From an uncultured Flavobacteriales bacterium (GTDB taxonomy: Bacteria > Pseudomonadota > Alphaproteobacteria > UBA8366 > CAVOAK01), in NCBI GenBank assembly GCA_964419045.1, contig CAYQNO010000013.1:3808-67807 (forward strand): 64,000 nucleotides of DNA. Reading direction: 5' to 3'. Made by a program: the position numbers and the translations under genes. A model generated the notes under the pieces. It made no database searches. It was not told where the DNA came from and worked only from the letters and a program-made list of their open reading frames with translations. Shown piece by piece: positions 1 through 11,189 of the stretch; position 1 is the first letter of the stretch; each line of letters starts with the position of its first letter.

Positions 1-731
1 ACAACCACATCACAACCCGCAGCAAGGAGCGCCTCAGCTCGTCTTAACCCAGGTTCACCGACACCGACTGCAGCCGCAACTCGCAACCGACCCTGTTCAT
101 CCTTACAAGCTTCTGGATGGCGTTGTGCCTTTTCAATGTCCTTAACAGTTATAAGTCCGACGCACCTATAGTCCTCGTCGACAACTAAGAGTTTTTCGAT
201 ACGATTTTCATGCAAGAGATGCATGGCTTCTTGTCGACTCACTCCTTCAGCAACTGTAACAAGGCGACGTCGAGTCATAAGTTCACGAATCGGCTGTTCG
301 GCATCACTTGTAAAACGTACATCCCTGTTAGTTATAATTCCGACCAGTTTTCCACCACGTTTCGAAATGACTGGGATACCTGAAATACTATTATGTTCCA
401 TCAAACTGAGAGCGTCTTTTAACGGTCGCTCCGGCGTAATCGTAATTGGGTTGATTACCATACCAGATTCAAATCGTTTAACCCGCCTCACCTCTTCCGC
501 CTGCAGATCAATATCTAGGTTCTTATGGATGACACCAATTCCGCCAGCTTGCGCCATAGCTATAGCCAGTGCGCTTTCCGTCACAGTATCCATGGCCGAC
601 GAGATAAGTGGTATACCTAACTCAATTTCCTGAGTCAGGCGTGTCCGCGTTTTGGCATTCTTAGGGAGCACAGCGGATTCTGCGGGCTGTAAGAGGACGT
701 CGTCAAACGTCAAAGCCTCGCGAAAACTCAT
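1..731 (-). CDS. guaB: IMP dehydrogenase, 5' part (runs off the window start)
   Basis: Manual minus-strand translation from ATG at 731: [19 protein letters not shown]...[32 protein letters not shown], followed by CBS-domain sequence (GISGIPV...[11 protein letters not shown]). Not in the ORF track because it is truncated. Confidence 0.95.
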   Translation of the reverse strand, partial: MSFREALTFDDVLLQPAESAVLPKNAKTRTRLTQEIELGIPLISSAMDTVTESALAIAMAQAGGIGVIHKNLDIDLQAEEVRRVKRFESGMVINPITITPERPLKDALSLMEHNSISGIPVISKRGGKLVGIITNRDVRFTSDAEQPIRELMTRRRLVTVAEGVSRQEAMHLLHENRIEKLLVVDEDYRCVGLITVKDIEKAQRHPEACKDEQGRLRVAAAVGVGEPGLRRAEALLAAGCDVV

Positions 732-857
732 TTCTGCCTCTTAATAAAAAGTGGCGCGCATCATACACCGGAATTCCTCGCTGCCAAGAAAAATCCCAAG
801 TTCGAGTGATTACTTTACAAAGAACATAAACATTTCTGCTCTTCTAATGATCTATCT

Positions 858-1538
858 TTATATAACTGGCCCCCTAAAACCTAACGCTACAATGTAAATT
901 TCACGTGAGTCAGACCGACTCGCCTCTGGCTTGACGTGACGGACACAACGGAAATCGCTTTTCAAGGCCGACAAGAGTTGGCTGTCAGCCCCCCCTTGTA
1001 GGATCTTAACTATAAATGCTCCGCTTTGATCAAGAAGAACCCGGGCACAATTGTAGGCTGTTTCGGCCAATACCATAATTCTTAGGTGGTCCGTTTTGGC
1101 ATGACCAGTAGTAGGTGATGCCATGTCACTTAGAACAAGATCAGCTTTTCCTCTTAATTCATTGCTCAACCGTGAAAGCACTTTTGGCTCGGTCGCGCTT
1201 CCTGTAATCATTACAGACCCAGGAACAGGATCAAATTCAACCAGATCAAGTGATACCACACGGCCACTCACTCCTACACGAGATACGGCTACTTGTGTCC
1301 AACCGCCGGGAGCTGCGCCTAGATCGATTACACGACCACCTGGTTTCAGTAACCCAAACTTATCATCGAGCTGTTGAAGCTTATAAGCGGCTCGGCTTCG
1401 GTAGCCCGCAGCCTTTGCGTTAGCAACGTAGGGATCGTTCAGTTGTCGATCTAGCCAACGCATAGAAGAGACAGATCTCTGCTTTACATTTGTTCGGGAC
1501 CGTCGCCGCCCCTTAACCCCTTTGGACTTAGCCTGCAA
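858..1538 (-). CDS. rlmE: 23S rRNA Um2552 2'-O-methyltransferase RlmE/FtsJ
   Basis: Motifs YRSRAAYKL, DLGAAPGGW, VLSDMA, KPEASRSDSRE. Confidence 0.95.
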   Translation of the reverse strand: MQAKSKGVKGRRRSRTNVKQRSVSSMRWLDRQLNDPYVANAKAAGYRSRAAYKLQQLDDKFGLLKPGGRVIDLGAAPGGWTQVAVSRVGVSGRVVSLDLVEFDPVPGSVMITGSATEPKVLSRLSNELRGKADLVLSDMASPTTGHAKTDHLRIMVLAETAYNCARVLLDQSGAFIVKILQGGADSQLLSALKSDFRCVRHVKPEASRSDSREIYIVALGFRGPVI

Positions 1539-2571
1539 CTACGCGACCTCGGTGCATAAGTTCGAGCAGGATACCCTCTCGAACTCCTCTGTCGGCAACA
1601 CGAAGTTGTTCAATCGGGATACTATTGCAAATCGCTTCAAGTATCGCGCAGCCCGCAATCATGAATTCACAACGCTCTTCACCAATACAAGGGTGAGCTA
1701 CACGGTTAGCCCGATCCATTATACGTAAACTATTAGAAAGCTGGAGTACCGTGGACAATTTCATAAATGCACCATCAACCTTGGAGCGATCATAACGTGG
1801 CAAGCCAAGATCCATAGCTGCTAATGTCGTCACAGTACCGGATGTTCCGACCATCTGTATTTCGCCACGTGACACCGACTTTCGAATTTGATGTTCAGTA
1901 CAAAATGGCGCAAGTTGATCATTTAAATCTTCCACAATAGCTGTATATTGATTATCTGACTCAAGGTCACTACCATATAATTCCGTTAGAGAGACTACAC
2001 CTACGGGAAGTGAAATCCAGCCTAGTGTGTCCACCGAATGCTGGTTAACCTCAAGTAGTACGAGCTCGGTACTGCCACCACCAATATCAAAACCTACTAC
2101 TTTTGAAATATCCTTGTTAAATAGTGGCACGCATCCCGCTAATGCTAATCTTGCCTCCTCAGCACCAGAAATAATCTCCAACTCCAGTTCAGTCTCGTCA
2201 TAAACGCGAGCAATAAACTCATCACAGTTTTCAGCGTACCGGCAGGCGGCTGTGGCGACACTGCGTTGATAATGAACATTACTACGTTTCATTTTATCAG
2301 CACAAATTTGTAGGGCCACAATTGTTCGAGACATTGCCTCCTCCGACAAAACCCTCCTTTTGCTGAGACCTTCACCAAGGCGCACAATACGTGAAAATGA
2401 ATTGGTTACCTTGAACCCCCCCAACGTACGAATCGCAACGAGCAACCTACAATTGTTCGTGCCTAGATCAAGTGCAGCATAGCTCTCTCTATCGGCAGCA
2501 AGGTTTTGGTGCGCAGTTTTCTCTGCATGTGTACTTCCGATATAAGTAACCATACCCACTCCATATCCCAA
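1528..2571 (-). CDS. ppx: Ppx/GppA family exopolyphosphatase
   Basis: Motifs ALDLGTNNCRL, VRLGEGL, DIGGGSTE, GTSGTVTT, DRGVREG. Confidence 0.9.
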   Translation of the reverse strand: MGYGVGMVTYIGSTHAEKTAHQNLAADRESYAALDLGTNNCRLLVAIRTLGGFKVTNSFSRIVRLGEGLSKRRVLSEEAMSRTIVALQICADKMKRSNVHYQRSVATAACRYAENCDEFIARVYDETELELEIISGAEEARLALAGCVPLFNKDISKVVGFDIGGGSTELVLLEVNQHSVDTLGWISLPVGVVSLTELYGSDLESDNQYTAIVEDLNDQLAPFCTEHQIRKSVSRGEIQMVGTSGTVTTLAAMDLGLPRYDRSKVDGAFMKLSTVLQLSNSLRIMDRANRVAHPCIGEERCEFMIAGCAILEAICNSIPIEQLRVADRGVREGILLELMHRGRVVAG

Positions 2572-2761
2572 TCATTGTCATAAACGAAAGTAAACCGAGC
2601 AGCTATTTACAGTAAATAGAGCCTAAATATTTCTCATCAAAAGTGATTCTACACAATCTGTCGCGACCTATGTTACAAGCCATACCTTACAAGTTAAAAT
2701 TCCAAACAATGTGGCAGTAAGAAATCTAAATTTTTCATAATTAGGAATAGAATTCACGCAT

Positions 2762-2835
2762 TGGGGGATAGTTTAACGGTAGAACTCACGGCTCTGAACC
2801 GTGCAATCCTGGTTCGAATCCAGGTCCCCCAGCCA
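2762..2835 (+). tRNA. tRNA-Gln (anticodon CTG)
   Basis: Acceptor stem TGGGGGA/TCCCCCA with encoded CCA; anticodon arm CACGG-CTCTGAA-CCGTG; T-loop GGTTCGAATCC. Confidence 0.95.
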
Positions 2836-2864
2836 AAACAACATAGACAGACATCAAGCAACAC

Positions 2865-2893
2865 AAGTCGACTATTCGACACGAAGTCGACTT
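2865..2893 (+). terminator. Hairpin downstream of tRNA-Gln, possible terminator or processing stem
   Basis: AAGTCGAC-ta-TTCG-aca-CGAA-GTCGACTT inverted repeat 30 nt after the tRNA; no clear U-tract. Confidence 0.35.
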
Positions 2894-2922
2894 AATGGTA
2901 ATCCTCAGGATAGAATAATGTT

Positions 2923-4080
2923 ATGATTCCCTGCCAGCGTCACCTTTTCGATATCCCTGACGATGTCGCCTATTTTAACTGTGCCTCGTTTTCGCCCATC
3001 CTTAAATGTTCACGAGAAGCGGGAGCATTAGGTGCTGCTAAAAAGGCTCGGCCATGGCAGCTTGGACAACTCGAATTTGAAGAGGAACCCAAAGTTGCCA
3101 GAGAATTGTTTGCACAGATTATAGGCGCAGCAACTGAAGACATAGCAATTGTTCCAGCGACGAGCTATGGAATTGCTACTGCTGCAGCAAACCTGCCGAC
3201 CAGTGTAGGTGACCGAATCATTCTCTTAGAAGATCAATACCCTAACAATGTGTTGCCATGGATTGAAAAACAGCAGACTACTGGTGCCGAGCTTGTTTTC
3301 ATTTCAAGAGCCGATGAGGATAACCTCACAAGCGGGGTTCTTCAGGCCATCGATGAGCGAACAAAAATTGTTGCTTTACCACACTGCTTCTGGACTGACG
3401 GTACCCTGATCGATCTTGCCACCATCAGCAAGCATTGCCGTGAGGTGGGAGCCGCCTTAGTTGTCGATGCCACACAATCTGTTGGTGCGGTCCCATTTAA
3501 TATCACTGATATACAACCGGATTTTCTCGTTGTTTCAGGATATAAATGGCTACTCTGCCCATACACTTTTGGTTTCCTTTACGTGGCGCCCCACCGTCAG
3601 GGTGGACGCCCACTAGAAAATGCATGGCGCGACCATGTGCAAAAGGATGGAGGGCCAGATTGGCGAGATGGACATATGTGTTATCCCGCCGACTGGTCAA
3701 TAGGCGCTGGCCGCTTCAATATGGGTGAGACTGCCAACTTCATTACAATGCCAATGGCCATTGCTGGCCTAAAACAAATACATGTGTGGGGCGTAGATGA
3801 AATCAACGCAAGTCTGCGGCTAATAACTGAATCGATAATTGAACGTACGAGCAGCCTTGGACTTATAGCGCCGGTCCCAGACAAAAGAGCCGGACATCTG
3901 ACTGGCTTGCGTCTGGCCGACAAATCACGGTGCAGTGGCATCGCTGACGTTCAGCAGGCACTAGAAAAAAAGAATGTATTTTTGAGCTTGCGTGGTGATG
4001 CTCTACGTATCGCTCCTCATCTCTACGTCAATGAACCTGATATCCATCGACTTATCTCGGCTCTTTCGGACGTTCTCTAA
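2923..4080 (+). CDS. PLP-dependent class V aminotransferase (cysteine desulfurase/lyase-like), substrate unknown
   Basis: VDATQSVG and SGYKW (PLP Lys) motifs; C-terminal LRIAPHLY. Confidence 0.85.
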   Translation: MIPCQRHLFDIPDDVAYFNCASFSPILKCSREAGALGAAKKARPWQLGQLEFEEEPKVARELFAQIIGAATEDIAIVPATSYGIATAAANLPTSVGDRIILLEDQYPNNVLPWIEKQQTTGAELVFISRADEDNLTSGVLQAIDERTKIVALPHCFWTDGTLIDLATISKHCREVGAALVVDATQSVGAVPFNITDIQPDFLVVSGYKWLLCPYTFGFLYVAPHRQGGRPLENAWRDHVQKDGGPDWRDGHMCYPADWSIGAGRFNMGETANFITMPMAIAGLKQIHVWGVDEINASLRLITESIIERTSSLGLIAPVPDKRAGHLTGLRLADKSRCSGIADVQQALEKKNVFLSLRGDALRIAPHLYVNEPDIHRLISALSDVL

Positions 4081-4166
4081 GTACTCTATCCCAAAATTAG
4101 GTAACTAAAGGCCGCCTTACGCGTCAACAATACTTGAGGTCAAGTCGCTATTAACGGAGATGAATT

Positions 4167-5309
4167 ATGTATCGTATAATATCACTGATATTTATTCTGT
4201 GTTTAATGCCCACCGTAGTTGTTGCAGAGAACTTGGAGTTCTGTGAAAAGGCAAACAAAGCGCAGATTACAAACGACTACAAACTAGCAATTTCCTATTA
4301 TATAAAGTGTATCGAAATTGGTAACCTTTCGCCTAAAAATAGGTTCTTAGCATTATACGATCGAGGTACCGCATACTTAGCAAATAGCCAGTTTGGTAAT
4401 GCTATTTCTGATTTTGACCAAGCAATACAAATGGATCCAAAGCATGCTTATGCCTGGAACAACCGGGGACATGCTATGGCTCGGAGTCATGATTACGATC
4501 GTGCCATCCACAGCTACACCAAGGCAATACAACTAGCTCCTAATGACGACGGCCCACTATATAATCGTGGTAATGTGTATAGGTGGAGGAAGCAATTCTA
4601 TACCGCAATTGAGAATTATAATGGTGCAATTAGACTAAATAAAACCAACGTCGCCGCTTACATCAACCGCGGAATTTCATATCGTCGAACTGAGCAGTTT
4701 GACTTAGCTATTACAGACTTCAATACTGTACTCCGACTTGACCCAAATAATTCTTTTACCCATCCTAATCGCGGACTTTCATTTCTCGGAAAACAAAATT
4801 ATAAACGAGCCCTCGAAGATTTCAGTGAAGCTATCCGCCGCAATCCCAACGACGCCACCGCATATTTTGGGCGGGGCAGAGCAAGATTTTTTTCAGGCCT
4901 ATATGATGGTGCAATAAGTGATTTCAAGACGTTAGTATCGCTAGGTCCCAATGATCCATTTGGCAGTATCTGGCTATATTTATCACAGATTCGGTCTGGT
5001 AGAGATGGCCGCCAAGACCTTGCCGCTAATGCTGCAAGGTTTGTTGGCACGAAGTGGCCTGGTCCAATTTACGAAATGTTATTGGGGCAGAAGTCAATAC
5101 AGACCGTTCTGAAGCAAGCGAAGGGCCCTGTTTCAGTAAGCCAAAGAGAGAGAGAGACTGAAGCGTATTTTTATGCTGGTCAACAAGAGCTTGCCCTAGG
5201 CAGCCGTACAGATGCAGAAAACTATTTTCGTTCGGCCGTGGAGCTTGGTATCACCTATTTTCTTGAATACACCTCGGCCCAGGCAGAATTAAAACGACTA
5301 GGGTATTAA
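4167..5309 (+). CDS. Exported TPR-repeat protein with NlpI-like C-terminus
   Basis: Signal peptide, about six TPR repeats (AYxNRGxxY...AIxDFxxAI), C-terminal ETEAYFYAG. Confidence 0.8.
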   Translation: MYRIISLIFILCLMPTVVVAENLEFCEKANKAQITNDYKLAISYYIKCIEIGNLSPKNRFLALYDRGTAYLANSQFGNAISDFDQAIQMDPKHAYAWNNRGHAMARSHDYDRAIHSYTKAIQLAPNDDGPLYNRGNVYRWRKQFYTAIENYNGAIRLNKTNVAAYINRGISYRRTEQFDLAITDFNTVLRLDPNNSFTHPNRGLSFLGKQNYKRALEDFSEAIRRNPNDATAYFGRGRARFFSGLYDGAISDFKTLVSLGPNDPFGSIWLYLSQIRSGRDGRQDLAANAARFVGTKWPGPIYEMLLGQKSIQTVLKQAKGPVSVSQRERETEAYFYAGQQELALGSRTDAENYFRSAVELGITYFLEYTSAQAELKRLGY

Positions 5310-5340
5310 TTTATTCATATTCTGCCCAAGCCCATAGAGC

Positions 5341-5949
5341 TTAGCTCTGAAATTCAATCTTCGCAGCAAGGATACGTGAAGCTGTGGTAATCCAACATGC
5401 AGCTCCAAATATCCAAGAAATCAATACAAAGTGATTTGGAAAAATACAAATTAGGACTAAGTAAGCGATGGTTTCGGTTCCTTCCGTCAATCCACCCAAA
5501 TAATATAGTGATTTTTGTCCCCTTACCTCAGTTGTAATCCCCCGTTTTGCCGCAATAACGGCATAAGTGAGGAAACTCGTACCTGTACCAATAAAGCTGA
5601 AAATTATAAAGGTGGCGGCTAAGCCATTTTCTTCTGGCCTTGCCAAAGCAAAGCCGAAGGGAACTGCGGAATAGAACAAAAAATCACCTACAATATCGAT
5701 ATAACCCCCAAGATCAGTGATCTTACTAGCCCGCGCCACAGCTCCATCCAGCCCATCAATAAGACGGTTAACAATAACTAAAACCAAAGCAATACTGTAA
5801 GCCTCGAACGCTAAGGCAGGTATTACAAACATACCTACCAAGACGCCCACCCCGGTCACGGTATTCGCGCCTACGCCAATACGCGAAATTCCCGCGCCAA
5901 TATAGTCCAGTGGAGGAGTGACTACACGCCTTGTAATTGGGTCAAGCAT
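5341..5949 (-). CDS. CDP-alcohol phosphatidyltransferase family protein (YnjF-like)
   Basis: Signature DGLDGAVARx7GGYIDIVGD; LGGLTEGTET motif. Confidence 0.85.
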   Translation of the reverse strand: MLDPITRRVVTPPLDYIGAGISRIGVGANTVTGVGVLVGMFVIPALAFEAYSIALVLVIVNRLIDGLDGAVARASKITDLGGYIDIVGDFLFYSAVPFGFALARPEENGLAATFIIFSFIGTGTSFLTYAVIAAKRGITTEVRGQKSLYYLGGLTEGTETIAYLVLICIFPNHFVLISWIFGAACWITTASRILAAKIEFQS

Positions 5950-6000
5950 CCAATGATGCGACCATATATTGTAATTGAGAGTTATGTCTCACGATTGATA

Positions 6001-6885
6001 TTAAACTGATCGTAAATTTGGCCAGCGTTGATCCCTAACATCATTCACATCTTTGCTATTGTCTTGCTTTTCTTTTTCTTCGGGCGGGGTTCCATCATCT
6101 GGTGGTTCCCTATGTAAATGCTCAGCTTCCAATTTTAACCGATTGAAAGAACGTACTGATAGCGGAAAACTTGCCATGTAGATAATCATGCAGAACGTTA
6201 AAGTACCCCAGGGCCTGCCAGCGAGCCCAGCGAATAGAAGTCCTATTATCAACAGTAACGGCAAAACAAGCTTGTTAGGTACCTTAATAGCCTTAAACGA
6301 ATATGTTGGTAAGTGACTCACCATCAATAATGCCACGACAATTATCCAGACTCCTGCCAAAACTGGAAACACTGCAAGATCGGGCGTAAACCCAAAGCTG
6401 ATAACCATTGGTAAGACAGATAGTCCAGCAGCAGCCGGAGCAGGTACACCTGTAAAATAATTATAGGCATAGGGAGGAAGCTTACCAAGCATGCTGTTAA
6501 ACCGAGCCAGTCTCAACGAACAACATACCGTGAAAAACAGAACAAGACCCCACCCGACACCACCCAACTCATGCAAAGACCATGAAAAGAGCACTACTGC
6601 TGGCGCTACACCAAAACAAACAAAGTCAGACAGTGAGTCAAGAATTGCACCAAACTCGCTAGTAACATTCAATAACCGGGCCATACGACCATCAAGCGCG
6701 TCAAGTATGCCTGCGACAATAATCGCTACAACCGCATACTCCCATTTTGCATCCAGGCCAAATCGGACAGCGGTCAAACCTACGCACATCGCTGAAACCG
6801 TAATCATGTGCGGAATTATCTTATTGATAGCCTGCCCTTTAAGACGCGGTGTGCGTCTGAATTTGCGAATACTACTACGTCTCAT
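6001..6885 (-). CDS. pssA: CDP-diacylglycerol--serine O-phosphatidyltransferase
   Basis: [10 protein letters not shown]7[23 protein letters not shown]; overlaps the psd stop. Confidence 0.9.
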   Translation of the reverse strand: MRRSSIRKFRRTPRLKGQAINKIIPHMITVSAMCVGLTAVRFGLDAKWEYAVVAIIVAGILDALDGRMARLLNVTSEFGAILDSLSDFVCFGVAPAVVLFSWSLHELGGVGWGLVLFFTVCCSLRLARFNSMLGKLPPYAYNYFTGVPAPAAAGLSVLPMVISFGFTPDLAVFPVLAGVWIIVVALLMVSHLPTYSFKAIKVPNKLVLPLLLIIGLLFAGLAGRPWGTLTFCMIIYMASFPLSVRSFNRLKLEAEHLHREPPDDGTPPEEKEKQDNSKDVNDVRDQRWPNLRSV

Positions 6886-7577
6886 CGAACGTCACCCGTC
6901 CTCGCCGACTCCTTGGAATCGAGATCAGCAATTATAGTTTCACCGGCAATCATTTGTTGGCCCACGCATACAAGTGTTTGTATCCCTTCCGGCAGATAAA
7001 TGTCGACTCGGCTACCAAACCTAATTATCCCAAAACGTTCTCCTGCTTTGACGCTCTGGCCTACGGATAAATTACATACAATACGTCGTGCAATTAATCC
7101 CGCTATCTGTACAAAAGCAATTTCAATTCCATTTGAGTTCACCATGCGAACTGACTGCCGTTCGTTGTCCTCGCTCGCCTTATCCAAAGCTGCGTTAAGA
7201 AACTTTCCGGCTCGATAGGCGAGCCCAGTGATCTCCCCATCTATTGGTATTCGGTTCACGTGCACATTAAATACATTCATAAATATGCTGACCCGAGTAC
7301 GCTGGCCTTCCCCCATGTTTAGGTCCTCAGGTGGTATCGCGGATTTTACCATCTCTATGACACCGTCAGCAGGGCTTACTACTAGCCCTGAGCGTGTCGG
7401 GGTCACACGTGATGGATCACGAAAAAAATAAACACACCAGAGGGTAGCAACTGCACCAACAATCCCTAGGAATGGTAGAGCCAGCCAAAGCAGTAGAGAT
7501 ACAAGCGCAAACACTGCAACAAATATACGACCCTCAGGATGAATAGAAACAAGTGTTCTTTTTAACATGTCGCGCAT
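6882..7577 (-). CDS. psd: Phosphatidylserine decarboxylase proenzyme (short type)
   Basis: [39 protein letters not shown] cleavage motif. Confidence 0.93.
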   Translation of the reverse strand: MRDMLKRTLVSIHPEGRIFVAVFALVSLLLWLALPFLGIVGAVATLWCVYFFRDPSRVTPTRSGLVVSPADGVIEMVKSAIPPEDLNMGEGQRTRVSIFMNVFNVHVNRIPIDGEITGLAYRAGKFLNAALDKASEDNERQSVRMVNSNGIEIAFVQIAGLIARRIVCNLSVGQSVKAGERFGIIRFGSRVDIYLPEGIQTLVCVGQQMIAGETIIADLDSKESARTGDVR

Positions 7578-7725
7578 TTTCAGATTCGCCGTAGTTTATT
7601 TAATTTTTGCTCTTGCATTTAGTTTCCAATCATAACGCTGACATCTGCACAGGTTAAGAGTGCTAATGGTATTAAACTACACTCACCCCTCATAATCGGT
7701 CCAAATTCGGATAAATTCTGGATAC

Positions 7726-8769
7726 CTACTTCACATTAGGAACTGATAGTACCTGACCTGGATAAATTAGGTCGGGATCACGAATCTGATCGCTGTTAGC
7801 CTCATAAATCGTCGTAAACGCCATTCCGCGACCTAATGTCCTTCGCGCAATGCGCCAGAGGCTATTACCCGGTTGAACTACAACTACAAATTCTGCATCA
7901 GGTTCACTGATGGCAGCTGACCAAGAGAAGGGCAATTCAACGCGAGCGACCACCTTGCCATCAATGCGCTGGTCTGCTCGCAGTCGGTACAAACCAGGTT
8001 CAACTTGGCTACCAGGTATAATCTCCCAATTACCACTCATATCAACCACTGAACGCCCCAGTAATTTGTTATTTAGATATACAAGAACCTCTGCATTCGC
8101 CTTCCCACGACCTGCAAGTGAGAGGTTTCCCTGGGCATCATAGTCAATGACATCTACCGAGATACTAAGCTTTGGAGGTGACTTAATGCCGCTGACCGAC
8201 GGCACCTGCAAAACCTTACTAGTTCCGATTTTGTTGCGCGGAACCTTCAAAGCAAGCGGCTGAGATTCCCTCGAAACCTGTCTTCCTGCGATATCTTTGC
8301 CCTTCTCTGGTACAACCAGAATAAAAGCAGAGTCTGATACCACTGGTTCGTCATCGCCAACCTTTTGGGTAACTGTGAATTCGTGGCTTCCGTATTCTAA
8401 TTGTTCCTGCGGTAATAAAACCCATTTTCCATGCTTGTCAGCTATAACCGTGCCGATAGGACGGCCGTTGGTAAATACAGTGACTTTTGATCCAGGTTCT
8501 GCCTGGCCAGCGCAAACTACATCGTTATGCTGATTAATACGACAAACGTCAAACTCGGGAGGTTCGATAATTTTAACAACTTGTTCTAAAGGTGTTTCGC
8601 CAGGTGGCGATTTGGAATCGTCACTTTGTGTAAGACTTTCGTTATTACTGGCGTATTGTCCCGACTCCGGGAGAGTGTCAACCGCCGTACGGTTAGCTGA
8701 ATGGTTAAGGACGATGGCAACAAAAATTACCACCACACCAATTCCACCTATTACAAAAGAACGATTCAA
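7726..8769 (-). CDS. Membrane-anchored Ig-like repeat and LysM peptidoglycan-binding protein
   Basis: N-terminal TM; two Ig-like repeats (GxAEPGSKV / GKANAEV); C-terminal LysM VQPGNSLWRIA...IRDPDLIYPGQ. Confidence 0.85.
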   Translation of the reverse strand: MNRSFVIGGIGVVVIFVAIVLNHSANRTAVDTLPESGQYASNNESLTQSDDSKSPPGETPLEQVVKIIEPPEFDVCRINQHNDVVCAGQAEPGSKVTVFTNGRPIGTVIADKHGKWVLLPQEQLEYGSHEFTVTQKVGDDEPVVSDSAFILVVPEKGKDIAGRQVSRESQPLALKVPRNKIGTSKVLQVPSVSGIKSPPKLSISVDVIDYDAQGNLSLAGRGKANAEVLVYLNNKLLGRSVVDMSGNWEIIPGSQVEPGLYRLRADQRIDGKVVARVELPFSWSAAISEPDAEFVVVVQPGNSLWRIARRTLGRGMAFTTIYEANSDQIRDPDLIYPGQVLSVPNVK

Positions 8770-8852
8770 AATGCTTCGTTACCGGCAAACTAGTCAATTT
8801 CCCGATAGCGTAATACGCACCTGCTTATGACGCAACTTTATGTAAACAAAAG

Positions 8853-9728
8853 CTATGGCCTCTTCAGTTTTGCTCGTACAGCTGAAATTGATTTTAAATA
8901 GACAACAATGGCACGGCGATCGGCTACGGTTAACTTGCTAGTAGTCTGATTAATCACTTCGGTCATTGCGCCACTAGCAAAATCACCATCCGGCGTTATC
9001 CCAATAGAGATATAGTCAAAGATCTCGTTATTACTCCACATTCCTATTCCAGTTTCTTTATCAGGAGTGATATTAGCTACAAATTCACCGAGAGGTCCTG
9101 AAGGATTGCCACCTAATTCTAATTCCAAAATAACGGCGCCAAGACTATTTCTAGGAGTGTGGCACTCGCCACAATGTGAAAGTGCACCAACTAGGTAAGC
9201 ACCACGGTTCCATTCTTCAGACATGGCAGTGATCTCTTCTAACTGCCGATTTCTAAAAAATAATAACCTCCATCCCCACATAAGAAAGCGAAAATTATAT
9301 GGAAAAGAGAGTTCGTGTTTTCTATTTGGGTTTGATACGGCCTCACGTGTGGAAACAAAAGCCCAGAGATCAGCAATATCTGTATCGTTCATTCTGCTAT
9401 AGGATAGATAAGGAAACGATGGAAAGTACGGTGTACCATCAGGCGCTTTCCCATAACGCAAGGCATTTACAAAGTCTGCCTTTGACCATGCACCTATACC
9501 ATGGGATATATCAGGTGTGATGTTCGGCGCGTAAAACACTCCGAATTCAGTTTTTAGAGGCCGTCCACCAGCGAGTAGTTTTCCACCTAACTTAATATCA
9601 GTGTGACAACCAATGCAGCCAGCTGCATGAAAAATATATTCCCCGCGCTCTATATCTTCCTGCGTGGCGGCAGATGTCGGATAACCGACCAGAACGCCAA
9701 CTGCAGCTATCAGCGCAAAATAATACAC
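8853..9728 (-). CDS. Exported diheme cytochrome c (gluconate-dehydrogenase cytochrome subunit-like)
   Basis: Signal peptide; CIGCH and CGECH; FYAPNITPD...GIG and PSFPY motifs. Confidence 0.88.
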   Translation of the reverse strand: MYYFALIAAVGVLVGYPTSAATQEDIERGEYIFHAAGCIGCHTDIKLGGKLLAGGRPLKTEFGVFYAPNITPDISHGIGAWSKADFVNALRYGKAPDGTPYFPSFPYLSYSRMNDTDIADLWAFVSTREAVSNPNRKHELSFPYNFRFLMWGWRLLFFRNRQLEEITAMSEEWNRGAYLVGALSHCGECHTPRNSLGAVILELELGGNPSGPLGEFVANITPDKETGIGMWSNNEIFDYISIGITPDGDFASGAMTEVINQTTSKLTVADRRAIVVYLKSISAVRAKLKRP

Positions 9729-9944
9729 GGCATATTCGAAAGTGGCGGGATTAGCTAATTGAACTTTGTGAAGAATATACCCTAGTACGGTATTAGTTTT
9801 GTTCAGCGATCGGATGCTAACAAATATTCTTAATATCCTTTTTGAGTTGGGAGAGTTGAACTTATTATAGACTCTCTAGCGTATGATGACAGGTGGTTAC
9901 GAATTTTATAATACGACAACTTTTCAAATTATTAAGGCAAATCT

Positions 9945-11159
9945 ATGAAAAAAATCCAGGTTAAAAATCCCATAGTCGAGCTTGATGGTGACGAGATGAC
10001 ACGTGTGATCTGGGCATCAATCAAGGAAAGACTAATCATGCCTTATCTCGAAGTAGATTTGTTCTACTACGACCTTGGGATCAAATCCCGCGACAGCACC
10101 AATGATCAAGTAACGGTTGATGCCGCTAACGCCATTAAGGAACACAGAGTTGGAGTTAAATGTGCCACCATAACCCCAGATGAAGAGCGGGTTAGAGAAT
10201 TCGGCCTGAAGGAAATGTGGCGCTCGCCCAATGGAACGATCCGTAACATCCTAGGTGGAACAGTATTTCGCCAGCCTATCCTATGCAAAAACGTTCCACG
10301 ACTCGTGCCAGGTTGGACAAAACCGATTGTTATCGGTCGACACGCATATGGTGATCAGTATCGTGCTACTGATTTCCTCGTGCCAGGCAAGGGTAAGCTA
10401 ACCATTACCTTTGAACCTGAGGACGGTAGTACCAAATTTTCAAGAAAAGTTTTTGACTTTCCCGGATCGGGTACAGCGCTGGCAATGTTTAACCTCGATG
10501 AATCCATTCGTGGCTTCGCCCGCGCTTGCTTTAATTTTGGACTCGGGATCGGATGGCCAGTCTACCTTTCTACAAAGAATACCATTCTCAAGACCTATGA
10601 CGGTCGATTTAAGGATTTATTCAAGGAAGTGTTTGATACTGAATTCAAACAACGGTTCGAAGAACGTGATATTAGTTACGAACACCGTCTCATTGACGAC
10701 ATGGTAGCGTGCGCACTCAAATGGCCAGGTGGTTTTGTCTGGGCCTGTAAGAATTACGACGGTGATGTACAATCGGACACGGTAGCTCAGGGCTTCGGTA
10801 GTCTGGGACTCATGACTTCAGTTCTTATGACGCCGGATGGCCGCACGATCGAAGCAGAAGCAGCTCATGGCACAGTGACACGTCATTTCCGTCAATATCA
10901 GAGTGGAAAAGAGACATCAACTAACCCAATTGCTTCAATTTTTGCTTGGACCCGAGCCCTTCAATTTCGAGGTGAATTTGATAAAACACCAGAAGTAGAG
11001 CAATTCGCCAAGCACTTAGAAAATTTATGTATAGAAACCGTCGAGAGTGGATTCATGACTAAGGATCTGGCCATTTTAATTGGTGCAGATCAGCCTTGGC
11101 TTACAACTGGGCAATTCTTGGACAAACTGGATGAAAATCTATCGGCAACGTATACATGA
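9945..11159 (+). CDS. icd: NADP-dependent isocitrate dehydrogenase (subfamily II)
   Basis: [43 protein letters not shown]. Confidence 0.97.
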   Translation: MKKIQVKNPIVELDGDEMTRVIWASIKERLIMPYLEVDLFYYDLGIKSRDSTNDQVTVDAANAIKEHRVGVKCATITPDEERVREFGLKEMWRSPNGTIRNILGGTVFRQPILCKNVPRLVPGWTKPIVIGRHAYGDQYRATDFLVPGKGKLTITFEPEDGSTKFSRKVFDFPGSGTALAMFNLDESIRGFARACFNFGLGIGWPVYLSTKNTILKTYDGRFKDLFKEVFDTEFKQRFEERDISYEHRLIDDMVACALKWPGGFVWACKNYDGDVQSDTVAQGFGSLGLMTSVLMTPDGRTIEAEAAHGTVTRHFRQYQSGKETSTNPIASIFAWTRALQFRGEFDKTPEVEQFAKHLENLCIETVESGFMTKDLAILIGADQPWLTTGQFLDKLDENLSATYT

Positions 11160-11189
11160 GCATAACTTCGATTATTAGAGACTTGTTCT

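Noticed and set aside
2762-5309. tRNA-Gln as an integration site for the aminotransferase/TPR genes
   Set aside because: No integrase and no duplicated tRNA 3' end found.
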